Below the pieces are notes generated by a model. It worked only from the letters and a program-made list of their open reading frames with translations. It was not told the origin of the DNA and did not search any database. Positions 1-7,305 of a stretch of 20,597 bases of DNA are shown one piece after another (within the stretch, counting starts at the first letter, position 1; the number at the start of each line of letters is the position of its first letter). A program made the translations under genes and the position numbers. The stretch covers positions 1 to 20,597 of the forward strand of contig JAWOHE010000005.1 in assembly GCA_046485285.1 (NCBI GenBank), written 5' to 3'. Source of the stretch: a bacterium. GTDB lineage: Bacteria; Hydrothermota; Tepidihabitantia; Tepidihabitantales; Tepidihabitantaceae.

Positions 1-111
1 CCGGCTGATGCCGAACTCGCTGCAGACCCGCTTCATACACGCGTCGGACTCTCTCGCCACCATCACAAACTCGGCGCGAAGACGCTGGAACCGGTTCTCG
101 ATCCAGGACAT
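1..111 (-). CDS. IS481-family transposase, N-terminal HTH region (partial)
   Basis: Manual translation MSWIENRFQRLRAEFVMVARESDACMKRVCSEFGISR matches the M-x-W...R-x-x-F-V...C-x-E-F-G-I-S-R start of IS481 transposases. SD-like GAGAGG lies 7 nt upstream; alternative ATG at 117. Confidence 0.8.
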   Translation of the reverse strand, partial: MSWIENRFQRLRAEFVMVARESDACMKRVCSEFGISR

Positions 112-188
112 GGTCATACCTCTCTTTCATCAAACAGTGTAACCCATGTCCTGATAATAAAGTGTTACCAATGTACTGAACTCGGACC
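1..188 (-). mobile_element. Left end of an IS481-family insertion sequence (truncated by window edge)
   Basis: Transposase N-terminus at 111->1. Upstream are two imperfect 19-bp direct repeats, AGTGTAACCCATGTCCTGA (136-154) and AGTGTTACCAATGTACTGA (161-179), 16/19 identical, like the iterated binding sites in IS481 ends. The minus-strand terminus reads GGTCCGAG, one base off the canonical TGT. Confidence 0.75.
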
Positions 189-711
189 CCCTGCCGTCAA
201 AGCTCGGTCGGTGTGTGACTTACGTTTGGATGCCCGAAAAGGGGGCCGGCGAGCGGCTCCTGCTCGACTATGCCCGGAGGGCCTTGACCCAAGGGTGCTG
301 ACTGCGGTCCGCCGGGATGGCTTCGGCATCGGGGCCGGGGAGGAGGATAGAGGAGAAGCGGCCTCGGACGTCAGATTGCCGAGTGCGGATTGCAGAATCA
401 GGAGAGGGCTTCCAGGCTTCACGCTCGGCGTGAGTGCCCGCACTGCGAGGACGCAGCACCCCTCCGCTACGCTCCGGTCGAAATGGCAGGGATCGGCAGG
501 GTGGGAGAGCGTTGAGCGGCGAGTTCCAGCTGCGGGTCGCGTGCGGTCCGGAATGGGGTTTGTCGGGATGCGTGCAACTGGAGAGGCGTGAGGGGATTGC
601 CCGTCACTGTTCGAACGGGACAGGCCGCAGGGATTCCCCGGGAGCCGGGTCGATATATCGTGGCGTCTGAGGATTCGCGCGCACCGGGGAAGCGGACCCG
701 AGTGGCCGGGC

Positions 712-739
712 TTGACAACGTGTCGGGCCGCGCTATCGT
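712..739 (+). promoter_or_regulatory. Putative sigma70 promoter for the lpoB operon
   Basis: TTGACA (712-717), 16-bp spacer, TATCGT (734-739), then SD GAGGAGG and ATG at 762. Confidence 0.55.
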
Positions 740-761
740 CGAACGTCGAGGAGGATTCGTC

Positions 762-1280
762 ATGAGTAGAGTACTGGCGGTGACCGTGTTGCTGTCGCTG
801 GCGTCGGCGACGCCAGCCGCGGAGCTCGAGCCCGCGACGAGCTTCGTCCACGAGGACGCGGCGGGCCGGCTGGCGATGCTGGGCAAGGTCGCGGTCGTGA
901 TGGCCGGTGACGACCATTTCGTGAGCCGGATAATCGAGGACGTCCTCGCAATCAGCCTGATGAACCGGGACATCAAGGTGGTGTACCCGGCGGAGACCCA
1001 TTTCGGCCGGCCGCGGGACCGGGTCGCAAACCCGGCCGCGTTCGCGCGACAGCAGGGCGCGGACGTGCTCATCACCGGGACGGTGGTGACCGAGCCCGGT
1101 GACTATGACAGCCGGGGTTTCGAGCGGCGGAGCCTGCGGGTGAGCATCGCCTCGCTGTCGCTGGTCGACCTGCCGCGCGACAAGGTGCTGGTCTGGGCGC
1201 TGTACGAGCCCGAGCCCGCCGCGGGCGTGAGCCGGGTCGGCGGCGCCTTCGTCAACCTGCTGGCCAAGAGCCTGAAGTAG
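762..1280 (+). CDS. Secreted hypothetical protein, probable CsgG/TolB-N-like alpha/beta fold
   Basis: Start moved from 588 to ATG 762 on a strong SD. Signal peptide MSRVLAVTVLLSLASA. The 'ARQQGADVLITGTV' segment followed by '...LVD...KVLVW' recalls CsgG/TolB-N/LpoB-type domains. Confidence 0.7.
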   Translation: MSRVLAVTVLLSLASATPAAELEPATSFVHEDAAGRLAMLGKVAVVMAGDDHFVSRIIEDVLAISLMNRDIKVVYPAETHFGRPRDRVANPAAFARQQGADVLITGTVVTEPGDYDSRGFERRSLRVSIASLSLVDLPRDKVLVWALYEPEPAAGVSRVGGAFVNLLAKSLK

Positions 1281-1307
1281 ACTGCCAAGTCGAGAGGAGA
1301 GGCAAGA

Positions 1308-1889
1308 ATGAGAGTCGTTTTCCGCCTGATACTGCCGGTCCTGCCGGCGCTGTTCGTGCTGTCGTGCGCGACGTCGCACTACGTCCGGCCCGACGAGGTG
1401 ACCGAGTGGGACGCGAGCTACACCGATACCGACCTGAAGCTGCTGGCCGAGCAGATGGTGCAGTCGCTGTCCGGGTCGAGCATCGAGGGCCGGGACGGGG
1501 CGAAGCCGGTGCTGGCGTTCCTGCGCATCGGCAACCGGACGTCCCAGCACATCGACACCGAGGGCATCGCCGACAAGATAATGGTCGCGCTGGTGCGGAT
1601 CGGCCGGTTCGAGGTGGTCGACCGGAAGGTGCTGGAGAAGCAGGCCCAGGAGCTGGCGCTGGTCGGCGAGCAGCGGATTGACGTCGAGGGCGCGGTGCGG
1701 CTGGGTGGCGTCATCGGCGCGGACTATTTCCTCGTCGGCGACCTGTACTCGATCGAGAAGGCAAAGGCGTCGCGGGAGCTGAAGTACTATAACCTGACGA
1801 TGCGGCTGGTGGACGTGAAGACGTCGCGCATCGCCTGGGTCGAGGAGATGGAGATAAAGAAGACCGGTAACCGGAGCTGGTTCGACTGA
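1308..1889 (+). CDS. lpoB: Penicillin-binding protein activator LpoB-family lipoprotein
   Basis: Lipobox VLSC; motifs 'TDLKLLAEQMVQSL', 'IGNRTSQHIDT', 'GRFEVVDR', 'GADYFLVG', 'YYNLTMRLVDVKT..IAW'; context with COG3014 and YcfL genes. Confidence 0.8.
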   Translation: MRVVFRLILPVLPALFVLSCATSHYVRPDEVTEWDASYTDTDLKLLAEQMVQSLSGSSIEGRDGAKPVLAFLRIGNRTSQHIDTEGIADKIMVALVRIGRFEVVDRKVLEKQAQELALVGEQRIDVEGAVRLGGVIGADYFLVGDLYSIEKAKASRELKYYNLTMRLVDVKTSRIAWVEEMEIKKTGNRSWFD

Positions 1890-1922
1890 GCCCAGCGCCA
1901 GGAACCGCAGGCGCAGCACGCG

Positions 1923-2065
1923 GCCAGATTCAACACGAAGACACGAAGACAGAGATTCCCGGATCCGAACCCAGGGACCCTTCCTTTGGGCCCTGGTGGT
2001 CTGTCCGGCATTGGCGTCTTCGGGTCTCGTCCGGTATCCCTCTCCCGCTTGGTGTTGAATCCGGC
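1923..2065. repeat. Intergenic element of about 143 bp bounded by 14-bp inverted repeats, with internal ACACGAAG tandem
   Basis: GCCAGATTCAACAC (1923-1936) vs GTGTTGAATCCGGC (2052-2065), 13/14 complementary; ACACGAAG x2 at 1933-1948. Confidence 0.6.
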
Positions 2066-2083
2066 GCCGGCACGGGAAGCGCG

Positions 2084-3277
2084 ATGAGGCCGAGAGCCTG
2101 GCCGGCCGCCGCGCTGGCGCTGCTGCTGGTCGCGGGGTGCGGGGTCGAGCGGCCGGCGGTCAGGCCGCCGCGGCCGGAGTTCTTCGAGAATCTCTCGTAC
2201 CGGCCGGCGCAGGAGCGCTATCGCCGGCGGATGGTCGAGCGCTACGAGCGGCAGGATCTCTCCTACCTGATTTCGCTGCTCGACTACGCGCAGGCGAGTT
2301 TCTACGCCCGGGACCGGGACGAGGCGCGCCAGGCGTTCACGGCCGCCTACAAGGTGGACGACGGCAACATGCCGGAGGCGACCAAGTTCTTCAACTGGCT
2401 GCAGGAAGACAGCCGGAAGGTCTACAAGCTCGACAAGCGCGAGCGGGAGCTGGTCCACTTCTACCTGGGGCTGAACTACCTGTTCGAGGACAACCCCGAG
2501 GCGGCGCTGGTCGAGTTCAAGAAGCTGCGGCTGAGGGATATGGACGCATCGGAGCTGCCGCTGGTCGAGCTCTACCACGGGCTGGTCTACGAGGCGCTGG
2601 GCCAGTATGACGACGCGCGGATCGCCTACCGCCGGCTGGCCGAGATGGGCGCGCGCGGCCGGCACGCGACGGTGGACGGCGAGTGGCTGGCGGCGATGGC
2701 CGAGTCACTGGCCGCGGGCAGTTACCAGCCGTCGCCGGACTCGGTCGAGCTCATCGTCCAGGTCGATCACCTGTTCGCGGGCTCGGCCGGGCCGACCGAG
2801 GTCCGGGCCGATGGCGAGCTGGTCGCGGTGTTGCCCGGGGTCGCGGACCCGTTCGAGGTCAGGCTGACCCCGGAGGAGGCGTCGCGGAAGGCGGCCCAGG
2901 CCGCGACCGCGGAGGCGACCCGGACCGGGTTGAGGTTCCTCGGCAAGGTGCTGGCGAAGACCCTGCTCAACGACGAGCGGGTCGGCGACCTCGCCGCCGA
3001 CCTCGCGTTCGGCGGCCGGGAGGACCGCGAGGACTCGCGCTTCTGGGGCTACGCGCCGGCCGGGTTCTCGTTCGGCCGCGTGCGCGTGCCGGCCGGGACG
3101 CGCGAGGTGCGGCTAGAGTTCTCGGGCGCGGGCGGCGCGAGGCTGGGGAGCTGTCGGTACCCGCTCGCGGGCGAGCACGAGCGGGTCGAGCGGGCAGGCC
3201 GGGCGGTGACGGCGGAGGGGCCTCGACGCTTCGCGTTCGTCGTCGCCGGGCTGGCGAAGGAGTTCTATGAGTACTAA
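2084..3277 (+). CDS. TPR-containing lipoprotein (COG3014-like)
   Basis: Lipobox VAGC; TPR-like helices 'ERELVHFYLGLNYLFEDNPEAALVEFKK' and 'LYHGLVYEALGQYDDARIAYRR'; 'EDSRFW..APA' resembles the ADxRxWxxLP motif; lies between lpoB and ycfL. Confidence 0.75.
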   Translation: MRPRAWPAAALALLLVAGCGVERPAVRPPRPEFFENLSYRPAQERYRRRMVERYERQDLSYLISLLDYAQASFYARDRDEARQAFTAAYKVDDGNMPEATKFFNWLQEDSRKVYKLDKRERELVHFYLGLNYLFEDNPEAALVEFKKLRLRDMDASELPLVELYHGLVYEALGQYDDARIAYRRLAEMGARGRHATVDGEWLAAMAESLAAGSYQPSPDSVELIVQVDHLFAGSAGPTEVRADGELVAVLPGVADPFEVRLTPEEASRKAAQAATAEATRTGLRFLGKVLAKTLLNDERVGDLAADLAFGGREDREDSRFWGYAPAGFSFGRVRVPAGTREVRLEFSGAGGARLGSCRYPLAGEHERVERAGRAVTAEGPRRFAFVVAGLAKEFYEY

Positions 3278-3292
3278 CTTCAGGAGGTCACG

Positions 3293-3700
3293 ATGAAGCA
3301 GGCAGTGGCGGTGGCCGGGGCGGTGCTGGTGCTGGCCGCGTGCAGCGCCCGCATCAACTCGGTGATGATCAACCGCGACACCGATGCCCGGCGCTGGGAC
3401 ATCGACAACGTCTTTCTCGCCCACGACATCAAGGTCCTCGACATCAGGGAGGAAGTCAAGGAAGGCGTGTTGTTCGTCGACATTCTCATCCGGAACGGCT
3501 GGGCGATGCCGATCGGCGGCAAGCTGAAGGTCCAGTTCTATGACCGGCGCGGGGTCGAACTGCCGGACCCGTGGGGCTGGAAGCAGATCAACCTCGAGTC
3601 CTCGCAGGAGGAGTGGTTCCGGGCGATCGCGCCGAGGCCGGCGGACGAGATTTCCCGGATGAAGATAATGACGCGGGGAATCAACCTGCCCGGGCACTGA
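3293..3700 (+). CDS. YcfL / DUF1425-family lipoprotein
   Basis: SD CAGGAGG; lipobox LAAC; 'VQFYDRRGVEL...WKQINL......AIAPRP' follows the DUF1425 pattern; context with lpoB. Confidence 0.75.
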   Translation: MKQAVAVAGAVLVLAACSARINSVMINRDTDARRWDIDNVFLAHDIKVLDIREEVKEGVLFVDILIRNGWAMPIGGKLKVQFYDRRGVELPDPWGWKQINLESSQEEWFRAIAPRPADEISRMKIMTRGINLPGH

Positions 3701-3734
3701 CCCCGGCAGTACCCCCCGAGCGACCTGACCGGCT

Positions 3735-3761
3735 GACGGGCGGCCCGAACGGCCGCCCGTC
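3735..3761 (+). terminator. GC-rich hairpin ending the lpoB operon (no U-tract)
   Basis: GACGGGCGGCC-cgaac-GGCCGCCCGTC, perfect 11-bp stem about 35 nt after the stop. Confidence 0.55.
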
Positions 3762-3819
3762 GCGCTAACTCCCGAAGACAGAACATCCTGGCGAACCCGT
3801 CGCCGGGTGCGATTTCTCC

Positions 3820-3868
3820 TTGACATCCGACACAATGTTAGTAGTATTTCACTACTAACAGTAGTGAA
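3820..3868 (+). promoter_or_regulatory. sigma70 promoter with overlapping palindromic operator (probable TrmB autoregulatory site)
   Basis: TTGACA 3820-3825, 16 bp, TAGTAT 3842-3847. Perfect IRs TGTTAGTAGT-N5-ACTACTAACA (3836-3860) and TTCACTACT-N3-AGTAGTGAA (3848-3868). Markedly AT-rich relative to flanks. Confidence 0.8.
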
Positions 3869-3894
3869 TAGCTATTAATAATCTGGAGTCACTG

Positions 3895-4836
3895 ATGGCT
3901 GAAACACGAAAACTTGCCGGCCTCCTCGCCGGGCTCGGTTTCTCGGGGCTGGAGGCGGAGGTCTACCTGGCGCTGTTGCGCGAGCCCGGGGCGACCGGCT
4001 ACCGCGTCGCCCAGCTCACCGGCAAGCCGGCGCCGAACAGCTACAAGGCGCTCGACGCGCTCCGGGCCAAGGGCGCGGCCGTGCTGGACGACAGCGCCGG
4101 GAGTCGGAGCTACGCCGCGGTGCCGATCGGCGAGTACCTCGAGGGGTTGAAGCGCGGGCTCGACAGCCGCAAGCAGGAGATCGAGCAGGCGCTGGCCGGG
4201 ATCGGCGCGCCGCCGGCCCAGGGCGGGCTCTACCGACTGGCCTCGGTCGAGCAGGTGTTCGAGCGGGCACGGGGCCTGCTCGAGTGCGCGCGCCGGGTCG
4301 CGCTGGTCGACGCCTTCCCGGGGCCGCTCGAGGAGCTGAGGCCGGACATCGCCCGGGCGGTGAAGCGGGGCGTCAGCGTCTTCGTCAAGGCTTACCGGGC
4401 GGTCGACGTGCCGGGCTGCGACCTGATTGCGCCGAGCGTGGGTGACGCTCCCGACCTGGCGGTGTGGAACGGCGACTGGCTGAACGTCGTCGTCGACTGC
4501 AACGAGGCGGTGCTGGCGTTCCTGAAGCCCGGCGAGGCCGGCGTCAACGAGGCGGTCTGGAGCCGGAACGCCTACCTCGGGCTGATAATCTATAACGGGA
4601 TGCTGCACGAGCTGATGATGACCCGGCTGTTGCAGATGCTGCGTCAGGACATGACCCGGAAGGAGATGACGCCGGAGTTCAGGCGGCTCTCCGAGCGCTA
4701 CTCGGGCGTGTTCCTGGCCGACGACGTGACCCCGAAGTCGTGGAAGAAGTCGATGCCGGAGCGTTGGCAAGGCCCGGCGAAGCGGCCGAAAGGCCGCCGG
4801 GCCAGGAAGCCTGCCCGCGGGCAGGAAAGGAGGTAG
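3895..4836 (+). CDS. TrmB-family transcriptional regulator
   Basis: N-terminal wHTH 'LGFSGLEAEVYLALL...ATGYRVAQLTGKPAPNSYKALDALRAKG', linker helix, then effector-domain pattern 'ARRVALVDAFP..LEEL...IARAVKRGVSV' and 'WLNVVVD..EAVLA'. Confidence 0.9.
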   Translation: MAETRKLAGLLAGLGFSGLEAEVYLALLREPGATGYRVAQLTGKPAPNSYKALDALRAKGAAVLDDSAGSRSYAAVPIGEYLEGLKRGLDSRKQEIEQALAGIGAPPAQGGLYRLASVEQVFERARGLLECARRVALVDAFPGPLEELRPDIARAVKRGVSVFVKAYRAVDVPGCDLIAPSVGDAPDLAVWNGDWLNVVVDCNEAVLAFLKPGEAGVNEAVWSRNAYLGLIIYNGMLHELMMTRLLQMLRQDMTRKEMTPEFRRLSERYSGVFLADDVTPKSWKKSMPERWQGPAKRPKGRRARKPARGQERR

Positions 4837-4839
4837 CAG

Positions 4840-5100
4840 ATGAGACGGAATCGGGTGAAGGTGCTGGCGGCGCTGGCGGCCGGGGCGCTGGCGCTCGGCG
4901 GCTGCGCGTCGCAGGCCCGGCCGGCTGGGACGATGCCGGTGGTCGAGGTGAGCGCGCCGCGGGTCGCGGTGGTCAGCGAAGTGGTAGCGGTTGCCGAGGG
5001 GCCGCGGCTGGTCCTGCCGGTGGTCGAGGTGACCGCGCCGCGCGGGGCGCTCGACCCGGCGCTGGCCGGTTCGCCGGCAGCGGGTTTCCTGGTCAACTGA
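4840..5100 (+). CDS. Small lipoprotein (86 aa) with duplicated PVVEV(S/T)APR motif
   Basis: SD AAGGAGG within the end of trmB; basic N-terminus, hydrophobic stretch, lipobox LGGC; internal 28-bp direct repeat. Confidence 0.8.
   Translation: MRRNRVKVLAALAAGALALGGCASQARPAGTMPVVEVSAPRVAVVSEVVAVAEGPRLVLPVVEVTAPRGALDPALAGSPAAGFLVN
4934..5042 (+). repeat. 28-bp in-frame direct repeat inside the small lipoprotein gene
   Basis: TGCCGGTGGTCGAGGTGA(G/C)CGCGCCGCG at 4934-4961 and 5015-5042, 27/28 identical, 81 bp apart. Confidence 0.9.
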
Positions 5101-5196
5101 GCGCCGGGCGACCGGGGGAAGCGTGATGAGGCCGGGAAGGGGACGGGCGAGGGCGGAAGTGCTGACTGAAGAAGGCGGACAGCCGAGGGAGGAAAG

Positions 5197-7305
5197 ATGG
5201 TGAGCTTGTTGGCGGCGTTAGCGGTCGCGGCGGCGCCGATTTCGGTCGAGGTCCGGCGGGCCGAGGTGACGCCGCGCATCGACGGCCGCATCGAGGAAGC
5301 CTGGTTCGCGGCCGACACGGTCGACCGGTTCATCCAGTCCCAGCCCCAGGAGGGCGCGGAGCCGACTGAATCGACCGAGGTGTACGTCCTGCAGGACGAC
5401 GGCAACCTGTACGTCGCGGTCCGCGGCTGGGCGCGGAAGGCGCCGCCGGTCGGCCAGCTCTATGGGATGGAGGACGAGATCACGTTGCTGATCGACCCGA
5501 TGGACTCGAAGTCAATGGGCTACTTCTTCAAGCTCTACGGCAGCGGGCTGTTGCGCAGCGGGCTCGTGCTCGACAACGGCGCGAACTGGGACTGGTCGTG
5601 GGAGGGCGTCTGGTACGGTGCGGTGCGGCTCTACCCGGACCGGCTCGAGGCGGAGTTCGCGGTGCCGTTCAAGTCGATTCGCTACAACGCCGAGGCGTCC
5701 GCCTGGGGTTTTGATGTTGAGCGGTTCATCTGCCGCGAACGGGAGCACGGCCACGTCATCGAGGTGCGCGAGGCGGAGGGCGGCTACCAGGTGTCGAACT
5801 TCGCCCGGCTCGAGGGCGTCGCGCCCCGGGCGACAGGCTACCACTTCGAGTTGTTCCCGGAGGGCTACGTCCGCTACGACCAGGAGGAGCCGGACGAGTT
5901 CGGCCGGGTCAAGCCATCGGCGAGCCTGAACCTCAAGTGGGACCCGTCGCCCCGGACGACGCTCAACGGCACGGTCCTGCCCGACTTCGCCCAGATCGAG
6001 TCGGACCCGTATTCCTTCAACATCTCGCGCTACCCGGTGTTCCTGGGTGAGCAAAGGCCCTTCTTCGTCGAGGGCAGCGAGCTGTTCAGGCTGTCCGGGC
6101 TGGGCGACGGTCCGTTCGCGCCGATGCGGCTGTTCTACTCGCGGCGGATCGGCAGGCCGGTGGCGGGCGAGCCGGTGCCGATCATTGCGGGGCTGAAACT
6201 GACGACGCGCTCGCGCGACCAGGGCTTCGGCGCGCTCGGCGCCTACACCGACGAGGTCGGTGACGGCGCGGGCGGCGTGCTCGAGCCCGGGCGCGGGTTC
6301 GCGGTGCTGTCGGGCCGGACCGGCCTGCCCGACAACACCAGGCTCGGGCTGCAGCTCGCGGGCACGGCTTCGGGCGCCGACGACTACAACTGGGTGTTGG
6401 GTTCAGACTGGGGCTTCCAGGCCGGGGCGCACCGCGCCGCGATCCAGGCGGCGTTCAGCGACCGCACCGGTACGCCGGGCTGGGCACTCAACTCGGGCTA
6501 CGCCGGGCAATCCGGCAGCATCTACGCATTCGGCAACCTGCAGGTCATCAGCGACTCGTTCTCGGTCGAGAACATCGGCTACGTGCCCTGGGCCGGGCAG
6601 AAACAGTTCAGCGCCGGCGCCGGGCCGGTCGTGCGCGGCCGGGGGCGGTACTTCCGGCGCTTCACGCTCGTGCCCGGCGCGTACGCCATCGAGCAGCCGG
6701 GAAGCGACGAGCTCTCGCTCGGCGCCTCGGCATATTCAGGGCTCGGCTTCCGGGACTGGGGGCTGGAGTTCGACGCCGGCGCCGGGAAGAGCCACGAGGC
6801 CGATACCGGGTACTTCGGCCGGCGCGCCAGCCTGTCGTACTGGGGCAACAGCCTCGTCCACAACCTCAATGTCGGGGTCAACGGCAACTACGGCTGGAAC
6901 TACAGCCGGGGCTGGCTAGCGGCGAACTACTCCGACTGGGCGACATTCACCTACTACCTGTTCGGCCGGGTCGCGCTAATGATGTCGGGCAACAACTGGT
7001 GGGAGTGCGATCCTGAGGGACGGGTTGCCGGCGTGACGTCGGTGCTCAGGCCGAAGGCCGACTTCCGCATCAACTCGACGATTGCGTTCAACGTCTACAG
7101 CGAGATGGTGTTCCTGACGCCGGGGGCGAGCTTCGACTCGACGCGGTTCGCGGGCAACCGGGTCGGGTTCCTGTTCAGCTGGAACTTCCGGCCCAAGAGC
7201 TGGCTGTACGTCGCGCTGAACGACCTGTCGGAGGACCGGGGCGGGGGACTTGAGCTGGCCAGCCGGGTCGCGGCGGTGAAGCTACGCTACCTGTTCCAGT
7301 TCTGA
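5197..7305 (+). CDS. Outer-membrane protein with N-terminal CBM9-like (DOMON) domain and DUF5916 barrel
   Basis: SD GGAGG; signal peptide; 'PRIDGRIEEAW', 'TEVYVLQDDGNLYVAV', 'AEFAVPFKSIRY' (CBM9-like); 'LNGTVLPDFAQIESD', 'EQRPFFVEG', 'LFYSRRIG' (DUF5916); C-terminal beta-signal KLRYLFQF. Confidence 0.85.
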   Translation: MVSLLAALAVAAAPISVEVRRAEVTPRIDGRIEEAWFAADTVDRFIQSQPQEGAEPTESTEVYVLQDDGNLYVAVRGWARKAPPVGQLYGMEDEITLLIDPMDSKSMGYFFKLYGSGLLRSGLVLDNGANWDWSWEGVWYGAVRLYPDRLEAEFAVPFKSIRYNAEASAWGFDVERFICREREHGHVIEVREAEGGYQVSNFARLEGVAPRATGYHFELFPEGYVRYDQEEPDEFGRVKPSASLNLKWDPSPRTTLNGTVLPDFAQIESDPYSFNISRYPVFLGEQRPFFVEGSELFRLSGLGDGPFAPMRLFYSRRIGRPVAGEPVPIIAGLKLTTRSRDQGFGALGAYTDEVGDGAGGVLEPGRGFAVLSGRTGLPDNTRLGLQLAGTASGADDYNWVLGSDWGFQAGAHRAAIQAAFSDRTGTPGWALNSGYAGQSGSIYAFGNLQVISDSFSVENIGYVPWAGQKQFSAGAGPVVRGRGRYFRRFTLVPGAYAIEQPGSDELSLGASAYSGLGFRDWGLEFDAGAGKSHEADTGYFGRRASLSYWGNSLVHNLNVGVNGNYGWNYSRGWLAANYSDWATFTYYLFGRVALMMSGNNWWECDPEGRVAGVTSVLRPKADFRINSTIAFNVYSEMVFLTPGASFDSTRFAGNRVGFLFSWNFRPKSWLYVALNDLSEDRGGGLELASRVAAVKLRYLFQF

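Noticed and set aside
189-711. tRNA, riboswitch or other known ncRNA in the long intergenic region
   Set aside because: No cloverleaf or riboswitch consensus recognised by eye; a covariance-model search would be needed to exclude it fully.
165-1919. Long antisense/alternate-frame ORFs (e.g. 165-1919, 7287-8822, 8555-10072, 11798-13363, 13026-15098)
   Set aside because: Shadow ORFs of GC-rich genes: Arg/Pro/Gly-rich, no motifs, and they overlap well-supported genes.
1933-1948. CRISPR array or other repeat-spacer array
   Set aside because: Only short 7-8 bp tandems and one 28-bp intragenic duplication were found in the window; no regularly spaced repeats or cas genes.
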